DNA from: a virus
IMG/VR virus record: IMGVR_UViG_3300033143_002031
Location: 64,001 to 128,000 of that record
Strand: one strand, 5' to 3'
Length of the DNA: 64,000 nucleotides
Part shown: positions 48,639-58,607 of the stretch, piece after piece
How the letters are laid out: the number at the start of each line of letters is the position of its first letter
How positions within the stretch are numbered: position 1 is the stretch's first letter
The notes under the pieces: generated by a model
The model's database searches: none
The model's input: only the letters and a program-made list of their open reading frames with translations
What the model was told of the DNA's origin: nothing
Program-made: the position numbers and the translations under genes

Positions 48639-49117
48639 ACGTGGCGAAGAGGAAGCAGAAAGCTCCTCCCAAGAGGCGCCTGGTCTACGAGGGGCCTGTG
48701 GGCCGCTGTCCGTGCTGCGACAAGCCGACGGAGGTGAGACTAGGCGGGACCCTCGGAGACCCTGAGACGACGGGCTGGACGGTGCCTACGGATGTTCTGG
48801 AGGTGCTCTACAGGCAGGTCGCGGTTCGCACCCAAGAGAAGGCCGGGAAGCTGTACGTGACCGACCCGAGCGAGTACGACGCGACGCGACGGTCGAAGCT
48901 GTTTTTCGTGGATGGTGACGATGGCATCGCTGGCCCCTTCGGTCAGTTGGGCCTGAAGGTCTTTCTCGGAACTCACTTCGGTGAGGACCACACTGAGGAC
49001 GTCCGCATTTATGTCGTCGCTACGACCCCCCGAGCCCTCGCCACCATCCGCGATTCCCCCTTCGCGCGGGAGCCCGACGAGCCCGACGACCTCGACGGGT
49101 CGGCTGACCTGTTCTAG
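48635..49117 (+). CDS. hypothetical protein
   Basis: coupled to the vWA gene; one CxxC. Confidence 0.6.
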   Translation: MNVAKRKQKAPPKRRLVYEGPVGRCPCCDKPTEVRLGGTLGDPETTGWTVPTDVLEVLYRQVAVRTQEKAGKLYVTDPSEYDATRRSKLFFVDGDDGIAGPFGQLGLKVFLGTHFGEDHTEDVRIYVVATTPRALATIRDSPFAREPDEPDDLDGSADLF

Positions 49118-49154
49118 GCTGGCGACCAATGGTCGCAAGAGAAGGAGGGGTAGG

Positions 49155-49862
49155 ATGTCATCCTGGTTCAAAAAGCCGCTCAACATCGGCATCACCATTG
49201 GCGCGGCGCTGCTCACCGCTGCCGCAATCTTCCTGATCGTCTGGGGTGTGACGCACCACACTGAAGGTGAGATGCTGGAAGTGTGCTGGGCCGCTGACGG
49301 CTCGGCGCGTTATGTGGAAGGCTCGGAGAGAGACCATGGGGCATGTGAGGGGGCTCAAGAACTACGTTGGCCGCAGGAACAGATACCGCTCACCCTCGCG
49401 CCCGTGTCGTCTGAAGGGCAACCACTGGCAGCAGACGCGCCTGAAGTCCGGGTTCTCGGCCAGGCCGTTTCCGACCTCAATCGCCAAGTCGGCTTCGAGC
49501 TTTTCCGGATGGGAACCGGACTACAGCCCTCCGACGCGGAAGTTCGCTTTGGTGGAGCGTTTCCTTGCGGCGAAGGGGCCGCCACCCCACCCCCGGGGTA
49601 CACCACCCACACGCGGTTGGGCGGCACCTCTACATACCGAGGTCACGTCTGGATACGGTCAGACGTGGGATCAGAGGACCGTCTACTATTTCTTGTCCTA
49701 GAGCACGAACTGCTACATCTCGCCGGGCTGGCCCACGACGACTTCACCATGTCGATCATGTTCCCTCTCACCCATGAGGAGTGGGAGACCGGCGTCATGA
49801 CCACGGCGCATGTAACAGACCGGGATATCAGCAATCTTCAAGCACGGTATCGTCGGCAGTAG
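49155..49862 (+). CDS. membrane-anchored M10/matrixin-like metallopeptidase
   Basis: N-terminal TM; HELLHLAGLAH (HExxHxxGxxH) and Met-turn SIMFP. Confidence 0.85.
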   Translation: MSSWFKKPLNIGITIGAALLTAAAIFLIVWGVTHHTEGEMLEVCWAADGSARYVEGSERDHGACEGAQELRWPQEQIPLTLAPVSSEGQPLAADAPEVRVLGQAVSDLNRQVGFELFRMGTGLQPSDAEVRFGGAFPCGEGAATPPPGYTTHTRLGGTSTYRGHVWIRSDVGSEDRLLFLVLEHELLHLAGLAHDDFTMSIMFPLTHEEWETGVMTTAHVTDRDISNLQARYRRQ

Positions 49863-49905
49863 GTGATCTTGACTATTCACCTGCTAGGTGGTAAGGAGAG
49901 GACGA

Positions 49906-50229
49906 ATGCAGGCTTTGAGAGGACTCAGCAAGGCGGACACCTTGCGGCTTGTGGGGATCGAGCAGTACGTCAAGACGGGCAAGCGCTCGGACGGTCTCCA
50001 GGTGACGGACGAGTGGGTGGACGAGTCGATGGCGTTCCTGGCCGGGAACATGCGACCGAAGCTGGAAGCGTGGGCCGAGATCGCAGACCAGTCCGACAAG
50101 GATGCTCTCGTCGCGCTAGCCGCTCGAAAGCTGTGCCGATTGTGGAAGCGAGGCGTGAACGGCGAGCAGCGTGAGGCCGCTTTCCGGGAGCTAAAGCAGC
50201 GCATCCTGGAGTCCGGCGAGCGCCTCTGA
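49906..50229 (+). CDS. hypothetical protein
   Basis: AAGGAG RBS; TTGACT at 49869. Confidence 0.6.
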   Translation: MQALRGLSKADTLRLVGIEQYVKTGKRSDGLQVTDEWVDESMAFLAGNMRPKLEAWAEIADQSDKDALVALAARKLCRLWKRGVNGEQREAAFRELKQRILESGERL

Positions 50230-50357
50230 GTGGCAAGATCGTGCCTCTCTGTGTTATGTTCTGCGGCCGTGAGCAACGCTCTGCACACCGATCTTTCCCT
50301 GCATGTTGAATAGCGACGACTGATCCCGGTGTGCCGGGCTCAGGAAGGAGGTAGCCG

Positions 50358-51425
50358 ATGGCTACGTGGCGAGGAGTGTCGAGCAAACTCAGGGGGGCGA
50401 TGGTCATAGGAGCAATCCTCGTGGCCATTGCGGCTGGGGCGTCCGTGACCCCTTTTCTCGTGTCTTGCGAGGATACTGCGGAGGCTGGTCCGGACCTAGC
50501 ACGACAGCGCCAACTGGCGAGGGAGGACCGGGTTCGGGAGGCGGCCGAGTTCCGCCAGCAATGGGAGCGACACGAGCAGGAGAGGGAGGCTTGTTGGGCT
50601 CAGGAGGAGGAGGAGTCACGCCAGCGGTCGGAAGCCCTGGAGGCGGAGTTTGCGAAGGCGCCCCCAAAGCGTGTCCGCCGTGTTCGCAGGTTCCGATGGG
50701 AGTCGCCCGCAGAGAGGCGGGGCGAGATCTGGAATGTACCTGTCGAGGAGAGTCACGAGGCCCTTCTGACAGCCCTGCTCCGAGTGTGCATAGCCGAGGC
50801 CGACGGCAACCCCCAGGACTGCACAGGCATCTGGCAGGTGGTCAAGAACAACCGCCGCCGGTCCTGCGACCGGGGGATGATCCGACGCATCACAGAGTGC
50901 GTAGAGGGCGAAGGGGAGACCTACCTCTCGGCCCTACGGCGGCACCAGCGTCACGTGCTCGGGATGATCAAGGCCCAGAACCAACGCGCGATCTGGGTCG
51001 GCAAACTCACCCCCAACTGTGAGATGCCCGAGGGGTACCCGAAATCCGGGAACCACTGGGATTCGCACTACGGCTCGAAAGCCTGCCCCCAAGCCGTGGC
51101 TGACGCTCGCCGGCTGCTTGCTGGGAAGTTGCCCGAGTCGAGGCCAGGTCACCGTGTCCAGTGGTTGCCGGGGCGGCCTATCACGTGGGGAGGTCGCTGT
51201 GAGAGCGGCAAGGCGGCCTGCGACGATCAAATCGCGTGTTCCCGGGGGCTGGTACGCCTCCAAGGGACCAACACCCTGAATGCGTTCTGGAGACGCCCCA
51301 CCAGCCCAGAAGAGATCGACCCTGTCTGCTCTGAGATGGGGTACAAGGCTCCCAGCCCTCCTTCAGAAGTAGCAGAAACCGTGACCTCGATCGCGCCAGA
51401 AGATCCCTCCGACGAAAACTCTTGA
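50358..51425 (+). CDS. membrane-anchored protein, possible cell-wall hydrolase
   Basis: TM/lipobox-like N-terminus, coiled coil, LLRVCIAEA...IWQVVKN weakly like SleB-type hydrolases. Confidence 0.35.
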   Translation: MATWRGVSSKLRGAMVIGAILVAIAAGASVTPFLVSCEDTAEAGPDLARQRQLAREDRVREAAEFRQQWERHEQEREACWAQEEEESRQRSEALEAEFAKAPPKRVRRVRRFRWESPAERRGEIWNVPVEESHEALLTALLRVCIAEADGNPQDCTGIWQVVKNNRRRSCDRGMIRRITECVEGEGETYLSALRRHQRHVLGMIKAQNQRAIWVGKLTPNCEMPEGYPKSGNHWDSHYGSKACPQAVADARRLLAGKLPESRPGHRVQWLPGRPITWGGRCESGKAACDDQIACSRGLVRLQGTNTLNAFWRRPTSPEEIDPVCSEMGYKAPSPPSEVAETVTSIAPEDPSDENS

Positions 51426-51496
51426 CCCTTCGCCCCTTGGAGGGCAGTATCGGTGGTCCTGATTCGGTGGCGGCCCAACTACCGGACGGGGATTTA

Positions 51497-51672
51497 GCAA
51501 TGACTATAAACTTTCTATGTGATAGAGTCCGTTTCAGCGCGAGCCCACTAGGAATTCGGGTTCGAGGATTGGCGTTGGCGTAAGCCACGCCCAAAGGCGC
51601 TCCACGCGCCGACGTCACATCGTCATTGCGTCCTCGTCTCCGTTGGGCCTCCTAGTGGGCTCGTGCTTTTTT
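51497..51672 (+). promoter_or_regulatory. structured leader upstream of the replication operon
   Basis: 18-bp stem 51536..51553/51650..51667 followed by T6; crossing 8-bp helix 51497..51504/51622..51629; uORF 51500..51583. Confidence 0.55.
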
Positions 51673-51846
51673 ATGCGCGGGCCATGAGGGGGAGGTGGTC
51701 CGTGCTCTCTGATTTCTACTCCGCGCTCTACACCCACCCGGCTGCGCTCGACGCACTGCCCGTGATCGGTGTTGGCCCGAAGGTCGTCCTGGAGATCCTT
51801 CTACGTCACTCTCAGCCGACTGAGTTTGAAGGGGAGGAGGTGGAAG

Positions 51847-53268
51847 ATGCGCGGGGGGTCTGAAAGCTACCTGATCAAGGACTCTGCCTTCTACCAGTCG
51901 AAGATGGCGGCGGCGCTCGGGGTAGACACCGTCGCCGTGTACGAAGAACTACGCGCTCACGTGTGGCGGTCGCGCTCCCGAGGCAACGGGAAGATGCGAG
52001 CCGAGGTCCGAAAGGGGCACCTCTCGGTCGGTATCCGTCGTCAGACCTTGGCCGACTCGACCGGCCTCTCTGTGAAGACCGTCCAGCGTCGCGTGAACCT
52101 GCTTCGAGAGATCGGTTGGGTTCGGTCTGAGAACGGTCAGCCCTTGGGTGGGGCTCTCGTCTACGAACTAGGCCACGTCATCCAAGGCGGCATGGAGGTC
52201 TTCTACGCGGATATGGACTGCCGGGAATTCTGTCTCTACTTGGAGGAGCTTGCAGACCGGACCGAAGAGCAGGTGTACAGCATCCCCGTGCTCGAACGGG
52301 TTCGGCTGGCGAAGGAGTGGGTCACGCGGAAGGACAGAGGTCTGTACCGAGCGAACGGGGGTGGGTCAGAGAGTCCCACCCCCTCGGTCACAGAGTCCCA
52401 CCTACCCCCGGGGGGTGGGTCAGAGAGTCCCTCTGTAATAGATAACCCTTCGGGAGAGAGAATAGATAAGTCCGAGGAATATGTAGGGCGCTGCGCGCCA
52501 ACACACTCGACCGGCCCCGAGCCAGAGCATTGGAATGACCCCGCCGGACAAGAACGTAGAAGAAGATCTCAAAAGAAGAAAAAAGATCAAGAAGGGAGTA
52601 GCGCTGAGTTTGCTATTGACTCTGCTCTTGACTCCAGGCAGGATGAGGATAGGTTCGCCCGCGCGGCGGAGGCGGGGACGATCGGCAAGACCAAGGCGGA
52701 CCATCAACAAGCGGCCAAGGTCGAGAAGGTGACGGAGCGATTGACAGCGAAGCGCACAGAGCAGGTCCAGAAGGGTGACGCCGATGAGCAGCGAGTCCGG
52801 AACCTGAAGGGTGGGACCAAGTTCACCCACGCCGTGCTCAAAGCCTCACGTTGCGCGTGGGACCTCTACACGACTCTGACCAAGGACAGCTACCCCATGC
52901 TGCCAGTGGTGCGATGGAACGCCGAGGGTAACGCGAAGGCGCGCGGGCAGATGTACCGTCTCGTGGATATGTATGGTGGCGATGCGGTGGAGCAGACGCT
53001 ACGCTTTGTGGTAGGCAATTGGGATTCGATCAATGTGCGCTTCTTCAAAAAGGGACCAGGAAGCGTCCCAAACTTCGCGCTGCTCCTCTCCATGCACGAG
53101 TCTCTGTTCCGAGAGGCCGCGATGTGGGGGGAGCATCGGGAGGTCATGGAGGAGTGGGAGGCGTGGCAGAGCGGTCACGAGGACGACGACGAGACGCCGC
53201 CCTCGGAGTTGCAGGGGCGGTATGAGACGGCGAGAACAGCGCTGGAGTCTCTTGGGCTCGGGAGTTGA
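51847..53268 (+). CDS. replication initiator / replisome organiser (wHTH)
   Basis: RRQTLADSTGLSVKTVQRRVNLLREIGWV HTH; internal DNA repeats; directly upstream of the loader and helicase. Confidence 0.7.
   Translation: MRGGSESYLIKDSAFYQSKMAAALGVDTVAVYEELRAHVWRSRSRGNGKMRAEVRKGHLSVGIRRQTLADSTGLSVKTVQRRVNLLREIGWVRSENGQPLGGALVYELGHVIQGGMEVFYADMDCREFCLYLEELADRTEEQVYSIPVLERVRLAKEWVTRKDRGLYRANGGGSESPTPSVTESHLPPGGGSESPSVIDNPSGERIDKSEEYVGRCAPTHSTGPEPEHWNDPAGQERRRRSQKKKKDQEGSSAEFAIDSALDSRQDEDRFARAAEAGTIGKTKADHQQAAKVEKVTERLTAKRTEQVQKGDADEQRVRNLKGGTKFTHAVLKASRCAWDLYTTLTKDSYPMLPVVRWNAEGNAKARGQMYRLVDMYGGDAVEQTLRFVVGNWDSINVRFFKKGPGSVPNFALLLSMHESLFREAAMWGEHREVMEEWEAWQSGHEDDDETPPSELQGRYETARTALESLGLGS
52357..52431 (+). 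repeat. iteron-like repeats
   Basis: GGGGGTGGGTCAGAGAGTCCC at 52357 and 52411; GGTCACAGAGTCCC at 52386. Confidence 0.75.
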
Positions 53269-53286
53269 CGATGCCTGGAGGTCGGG

Positions 53287-53895
53287 ATGATCGACACGGC
53301 GCAATTCAGGAGAAAGCTAGGTCGTGTGGACCTGGAGCGCATGAACCTGCCGGAAGACCTCTGGCTGGCGAAAGTGCAGAACGTCAGCGACGAGGCTCGC
53401 GAGAAGGTCGAGACCTACCTCCGCAACGTGGACGAAGCTATGGCTCACGGAGCCGGGCTTGTCATCCACGGGTCGACGGGTACAGGCAAGACAGCCATCG
53501 CCTCCCTCATTGCGAAGGAGGCCCGCTCGCGCGGGTATACGGCCCTGTTCGTTCGCCTCTGGGAGCTACGCGAGATGATCCGCTCCCGCATGAAGTACGA
53601 CGACGACTCGTCCATGGCGCAGCGTGCCCGAGAGGTCGAAGTGCTTGTCCTAGACGATCTGCGTCAAGAGGACGCTGGCGAGAAGTTTTTCACGTTCTCC
53701 GAGATCAACGAATTGGTCCGGTACCGAGCGTCTCGGCGCCGCGTGACGCTCCTCACGACACGGCTCGACAAGGGCGCGCTCACTGGCCCGCCGATGAACT
53801 CGCTGTTGGATGTTTTGCTCTTGTTCAAGGTGTCCGGTCCGAACCTGCACGACAGCCGGAAGCAAGCAGTAAAAGAAGCGGTCCTCGGGACCTGA
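53287..53895 (+). CDS. DnaC/IstB-like helicase loader ATPase
   Basis: GSTGTGKT, LVLDDL, RRVTLLTT. Confidence 0.88.
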   Translation: MIDTAQFRRKLGRVDLERMNLPEDLWLAKVQNVSDEAREKVETYLRNVDEAMAHGAGLVIHGSTGTGKTAIASLIAKEARSRGYTALFVRLWELREMIRSRMKYDDDSSMAQRAREVEVLVLDDLRQEDAGEKFFTFSEINELVRYRASRRRVTLLTTRLDKGALTGPPMNSLLDVLLLFKVSGPNLHDSRKQAVKEAVLGT

Positions 53896-53916
53896 GACGT
53901 TAGGTGGGGGTAGGGC

Positions 53917-55314
53917 GTGGACCTTGACACGATCTTTGTCGCTAGTGCGCTGAAAGCGGGGCACAGCACCGTTCGTCTCGCTATCGAGAAGGGCGTCGAT
54001 GAGGAGTGCCTTTCGGGGCAGGGTCTCACGGCCTGGAAGTGCGTTCTCGACTACCTGAAGCAGTACAGCGCCGTTCCGGACCCTGCGTTCGTGGAGGGCA
54101 AGACCGGCGTAAAACTCGACGATCCCCCACCCGGGACACCACCGGAGGTCTGGATAGACGAGGTTCTCAACCGCCGGCTCCACAACGCGATCGGGGACCA
54201 ACTGCTAGCCATCACCAAGCACTTCGAGGCGCGGGACCCCCAGGCGGCCTATGCGGAGTACGAGGACGGCATCCGGGAGCTACGGAAGCTGGGGGTCGCC
54301 ACGGCGAAGACCGTGAGCCTGCCGTCCCTCGGTCCGGAGTTCCTGGAGTACTACGACAAGATCAAGGCCGGCTACCGGGGCATCCTCACGCCGTGGCCGA
54401 CGATCAATGAGTCAACCCTCGGCTTCTGGCCGGAAGATTTCGTTCTGTACGTCGCCCGCCTCGGGGTCGGCAAGACATGGGCTCTGGCAATCATCGCCGA
54501 CCACGTATGGTCGGTCCAGAAGAAGCGAGTGCTCTTCGCCACGACCGAGATGTCCCAACTGTCGATCATTCGTCGCTGGCTCGCGATCCATTTCAGATAC
54601 CCGTACAACGACCTCCGGAAGGGCTTGCTGAGTGCGTTCGCCGAGCAGAGGATGCGCGACGAACTCGTCACCTTGGCACAAGAGGAGGGGCTCTACATCA
54701 TTGGAGGTGACTTCGACTTCAGGATCGAGAGCCTGGAAGCGGCGATCGAGGAGTGCGAGCCGGACGTGGTGTTCATGGACGGGGCATACCTTCTGAAGGT
54801 CAAGGGCGAGGGGCGTATCGAGAAGGCGGCCAACTCGTTCGACGAACTGAAGCGGGTGGCGAAGCGGAACCACCTTCCGCTCGTGGCCTCGACTCAGTTC
54901 AACCGCGAGGTGAAGGGGAACAATCTCTCGTCTGCCGGCCCTGAGAAGATCGCCCTGTCCGACGCGGCAGGCTGGAACGCCGACCTCATCTTCGGGCTCC
55001 TCCGGACGGACGACATGAAGCGGGACCGGAGGATGGTCCAGCTACCCCTGAAGTTCCGGGAGGGGGAAGGCGAGGAGATCGAGACCCACTGGGACTTCGA
55101 TACCATGTGCTTCGATGAGCTACCCAAGGGCGCACAGGCGGCCGTAGCGGGCGCGGGAGGGGCTGGAGGGGCCGGAGGGCCTGGAGGCGGTCAGGGAGGC
55201 GCAGGAGGCGGCTCAGGCGGCTCAGGCGGCGGTTCTGGGTCTGATCCCGACCCCTACGGTTCTGGGCTCCTGTTCAAGGACGACGACAACACGAAGGACC
55301 AGGTGCCTTTCTGA
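53917..55314 (+). CDS. dnaB: replicative helicase DnaB-like
   Basis: ARLGVGKT, TTEMS, FMDGAYL, STQFNRE, ADLIFGL. Confidence 0.9.
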   Translation: MDLDTIFVASALKAGHSTVRLAIEKGVDEECLSGQGLTAWKCVLDYLKQYSAVPDPAFVEGKTGVKLDDPPPGTPPEVWIDEVLNRRLHNAIGDQLLAITKHFEARDPQAAYAEYEDGIRELRKLGVATAKTVSLPSLGPEFLEYYDKIKAGYRGILTPWPTINESTLGFWPEDFVLYVARLGVGKTWALAIIADHVWSVQKKRVLFATTEMSQLSIIRRWLAIHFRYPYNDLRKGLLSAFAEQRMRDELVTLAQEEGLYIIGGDFDFRIESLEAAIEECEPDVVFMDGAYLLKVKGEGRIEKAANSFDELKRVAKRNHLPLVASTQFNREVKGNNLSSAGPEKIALSDAAGWNADLIFGLLRTDDMKRDRRMVQLPLKFREGEGEEIETHWDFDTMCFDELPKGAQAAVAGAGGAGGAGGPGGGQGGAGGGSGGSGGGSGSDPDPYGSGLLFKDDDNTKDQVPF

Positions 55315-55315
55315 T

Positions 55316-55777
55316 ATGCCTGCGAAGCAGATACCAGTCCTGGTCAAGCACTGCGCGCTCGCGATCTACAAGAGCGGCTACTGCACCGGAACCAAGGTCG
55401 AGCGCGTACAGGAGTCGCTGGACATTGCTGTCAGCCGACTCATCGAATACGGATTTCTATGGAAGAATTCTGGGAAGGTCACCCCGGAGAAGATCAAACT
55501 CAAGACCAAGGGGCAGAAGGCCGAGAACCGCCACCGACGGGAGAAGGGCGGCAGCGTCAAGACGCAAGCGTGGAATGCCCTGTACGTGCTGATCAAGGAA
55601 GAGGTTGAGGAGCCCGAGGGTTCGGGCGCCACGTCAGAGGATGCGGAGCCTGTGACGGAAGAGCCTCACGAGAGCCGGAAGCTACAAAGACGACGACGCC
55701 TGGCAAAGGTGGCTCGCTCCTCGGCGCGCAGGCAGCCGAAGAGGGTGAAGCGAGCCAAGCGGGCCAAGCGAAGGTGA
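55316..55777 (+). CDS. hypothetical basic protein
   Basis: within the replication operon; Arg/Lys-rich C-terminus. Confidence 0.65.
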   Translation: MPAKQIPVLVKHCALAIYKSGYCTGTKVERVQESLDIAVSRLIEYGFLWKNSGKVTPEKIKLKTKGQKAENRHRREKGGSVKTQAWNALYVLIKEEVEEPEGSGATSEDAEPVTEEPHESRKLQRRRRLAKVARSSARRQPKRVKRAKRAKRR

Positions 55778-55781
55778 GGAC

Positions 55782-56945
55782 ATGGACGTTGGCGAGATCC
55801 GGTATTTCCTGAGCGCGCTCAGGTGCCAGAAGATTTCTGTCGGGGCGAAGTGGGTGCGCTCGACGTGCCCTATGACCCACCTCCATAGCGGGGGTAAGGA
55901 TCGGCAGCCGTCGTTTGCCATCTCGATCAACCCTGGGGACGAGAGCAATTGTCGGTGCCAGGCGTGTGGTATCTACGGAGGGCTCCTCCCGCTCGTGTGG
56001 CGCCTGAGCGTGGAGGGGCGACGACCCAAGCCCGACCTCTTCGACTATCTGGTCAAGCACAATAAGATCGACGTCGAGAAGTTCGATCTCGATCTCCCTG
56101 AGCCGGCCGCCAACGACCTCGAAGGACGGATACGCGCGGCTCGCAAGTACGCCGCCGGACCGACGCGCAAGAGTAAGTTCGTCCATCCGGACGACGAACC
56201 ACAGGCCGAGGTTCCCGAGCACGTCCTGAAGAAGATGATCGAGGACATGCCGGACTACGTGCGGGAGTACCTGACACGGCAGGACGACCCGCTCATGGGC
56301 GTCAAGGGCCGGAGGCTCTCGGACCTGACTGTCGTGGAGTGGGAACTCGGCTGGCACAGCTTCAAGCACCGCATCGCCATTCCGATTCGCGATGAAGATG
56401 GCAAACTCGTCTCGATCAGTGGGCGTACCTTCGATGACAGCGTGTGTTCTTTCTGTGGGGCCTCCGTCGTGAAGAAGGAATGCACGCGGTGCGGGAAGTC
56501 CCCTCCTCCGAAGTACTTGCACAGCCCGTTCAAGCGGGACCGCGTTCTGTTCGGGGGGCACAAGCACGATTCCAGCATCCGGACTGGCTACCTTTTTGAG
56601 GGCTTTTTCCAGACGATCTACACCTGGCAGTGCGGCTACCAGAACACCCTTGCGCGCATGGGTACGCACCTGAGCCGGCAGCAGTCGGAGAAGCTGGTGC
56701 GCTGGTTCGATCACCTGGTCATCGTTCCGGATGCGGACAAGGCTGGGACGGAGGCTGCCGAGCGCGACCGGCTCGCCCTTCGAGACTTGGAATTCCCTGG
56801 GCGGCCGTTCGACCCTCCAGGCAAGGGTGGGAACACCTTCCGAATCGAACAGATCGACATCGTTGACCTACCTGGCAAGGGGGACATCGACGCTCGAAAA
56901 CCCGAGGAAGTGCAGTCACTTCTAGGGCCACGAAATACCGCTTGA
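55782..56945 (+). CDS. DNA primase (Zn finger + TOPRIM)
   Basis: CPMTHLH..DRQPSF..CQAC; FEGFF; DADKAG. Confidence 0.85.
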   Translation: MDVGEIRYFLSALRCQKISVGAKWVRSTCPMTHLHSGGKDRQPSFAISINPGDESNCRCQACGIYGGLLPLVWRLSVEGRRPKPDLFDYLVKHNKIDVEKFDLDLPEPAANDLEGRIRAARKYAAGPTRKSKFVHPDDEPQAEVPEHVLKKMIEDMPDYVREYLTRQDDPLMGVKGRRLSDLTVVEWELGWHSFKHRIAIPIRDEDGKLVSISGRTFDDSVCSFCGASVVKKECTRCGKSPPPKYLHSPFKRDRVLFGGHKHDSSIRTGYLFEGFFQTIYTWQCGYQNTLARMGTHLSRQQSEKLVRWFDHLVIVPDADKAGTEAAERDRLALRDLEFPGRPFDPPGKGGNTFRIEQIDIVDLPGKGDIDARKPEEVQSLLGPRNTA

Positions 56946-57019
56946 CAATCGGATCGCTATTAGGTAGTTTTCGAGTTGCCGTGTAGGCAATTGATGGCCT
57001 TGGGCCAGGAGGAAGTAGC

Positions 57020-57718
57020 ATGACTGTCCGGACGAATTCGGTCCAAACCTGCGACCGATGTGAGAAGCCTTTCAACGAAAAGCACCTGAAAGCGGCCGAC
57101 GTCGTGCCGACTTTCAAACAGCATGGTCTCGTCGTCACGGAGACCAAGGGGACGAACAAGGACCCGGAGCCGAAGTTCACTGTGGTCATTTCCTTTGACG
57201 ACATGTGCCCCGACTGCCAGAAGGCGATCGACAACCTGATCGCGAAGATGCGTTTGGACGGGAAGAAGAAGCGCGGCCCGGCGAAGAAGCGCGGCGAGAA
57301 GAAGCCCGAGGAGAAGAAGCCTCCGAAGACCCCGGAGTACTCCGAGAACCCGGAGGACGACCCAGCGAAGGCCGAGGGCGAGACCGTGAAGGAGACGGCA
57401 GAGAAGGTCGAGAAGGCCGCCGAAAAGGCGACCGAGACCGGAGAGCCGCAGGTTACGGCGGTGCAGGGTGAGGAGGAGCCCGAGAACCCGGAGGAGCCCC
57501 CAGCCGATGCGCCCGCCGAAAACTCCGAGCCCGAGGAACCAGAACTCGCGAATGAGCCAGGCGAGACCTCGGATGGGGACAACGGTGCGGAAGCGACTTC
57601 CGAGACCGATGACGGGCTCGTGGAAGACCCCTTGACGGGCGACAGGTACGACCCAGAGACGGGGGAGGTCAAGGTGCGGGGGAACAAGGGACAGAACGGG
57701 GAGAAGCACCCCTTCTAG
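57020..57718 (+). CDS. hypothetical protein (Zn finger + acidic low-complexity tail)
   Basis: CDRC...CPDC; Glu/Pro-rich; ends in HPF. Confidence 0.7.
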   Translation: MTVRTNSVQTCDRCEKPFNEKHLKAADVVPTFKQHGLVVTETKGTNKDPEPKFTVVISFDDMCPDCQKAIDNLIAKMRLDGKKKRGPAKKRGEKKPEEKKPPKTPEYSENPEDDPAKAEGETVKETAEKVEKAAEKATETGEPQVTAVQGEEEPENPEEPPADAPAENSEPEEPELANEPGETSDGDNGAEATSETDDGLVEDPLTGDRYDPETGEVKVRGNKGQNGEKHPF

Positions 57719-57763
57719 GCCGGATGGCCACATAACGATCATGTAGATCGAGAGGAGAGAATC

Positions 57764-58564
57764 ATGGGCGACGGATCATGGTACGACACTGGGTTTGAGG
57801 GGATCAGCGGCGAAGAGGCCGCACTCGACGCCGCGCAGGGACCGCACCGCTTGTGGATTCCCGGTGGGGCATCCAAGGACACCGTGTGGGTTGATGACGA
57901 GCCGGTTTGCGTGCACGAGCACAACCCCAAGATGAACGGCAACTACCGCAACTGGCTCACCTGTCAGCAGGGAGTTTACGACGAGGTGGTGTGCTGCCAG
58001 AAGCTCGGTCCGAGGGGCCGCTACTACGTCGGGTACCTCACGGCGGTGGACTGCTCCGAGTGGACGGATCAGCGTGGGAACAAGCACCAGTACGAGATGC
58101 GGCTGGTGCCGATGAAGCTGCGCTCCCTGAAGAAGTTCCGCCGGAAGAAGGAAGACCGGGGCTCGATGGTCGGGACGATGTGGAAGATGAACCGCGAGGA
58201 CGACAACGCGGCGAGCATCGGCGACGACTGGGACTTCCAGCGCGATATCGACATGGAGAAGATGTTCGATTTCGTGAACTACCGTGGCACCAAGTTGTCC
58301 GAACTCTGGGAGCAGGCCGAGGCCGACCCGGAGGTCATGGCACGGGTCACGCGGACCTTCCAGGTCAAGCCGGATGAGGAGGGCAAACTCCCTCGTGTCG
58401 TCCCGGCGTTCAACTACATGGAGGTCTTGAAGCCGAAGACCCCGAAGGATCTGCGTCTGCTCCTCGGCGCCGTCCAAGAGGACGACGAAGACAACAAGCG
58501 AGGCGCGTCGGGTGGCGGGGGTGGCGGGGGTGGAGCCTCGAAGGAGGACAAGGTTCCGTTCTAA
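57764..58564 (+). CDS. single-stranded DNA-binding protein (gp32/gp2.5-like)
   Basis: aromatic-rich core, Gly linker, acidic tail ending EDKVPF; replication context. Confidence 0.65.
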   Translation: MGDGSWYDTGFEGISGEEAALDAAQGPHRLWIPGGASKDTVWVDDEPVCVHEHNPKMNGNYRNWLTCQQGVYDEVVCCQKLGPRGRYYVGYLTAVDCSEWTDQRGNKHQYEMRLVPMKLRSLKKFRRKKEDRGSMVGTMWKMNREDDNAASIGDDWDFQRDIDMEKMFDFVNYRGTKLSELWEQAEADPEVMARVTRTFQVKPDEEGKLPRVVPAFNYMEVLKPKTPKDLRLLLGAVQEDDEDNKRGASGGGGGGGGASKEDKVPF

Positions 58565-58607
58565 AAGGGTACTTGTAGTCTCGTCGGGAGGGCGCTAGTC
58601 TGGTTGC

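Noticed and set aside
50358-51425. Calling this gene an endolysin
   Set aside because: Similarity to SleB-type hydrolases is only suggestive, and no holin or spanin context is visible
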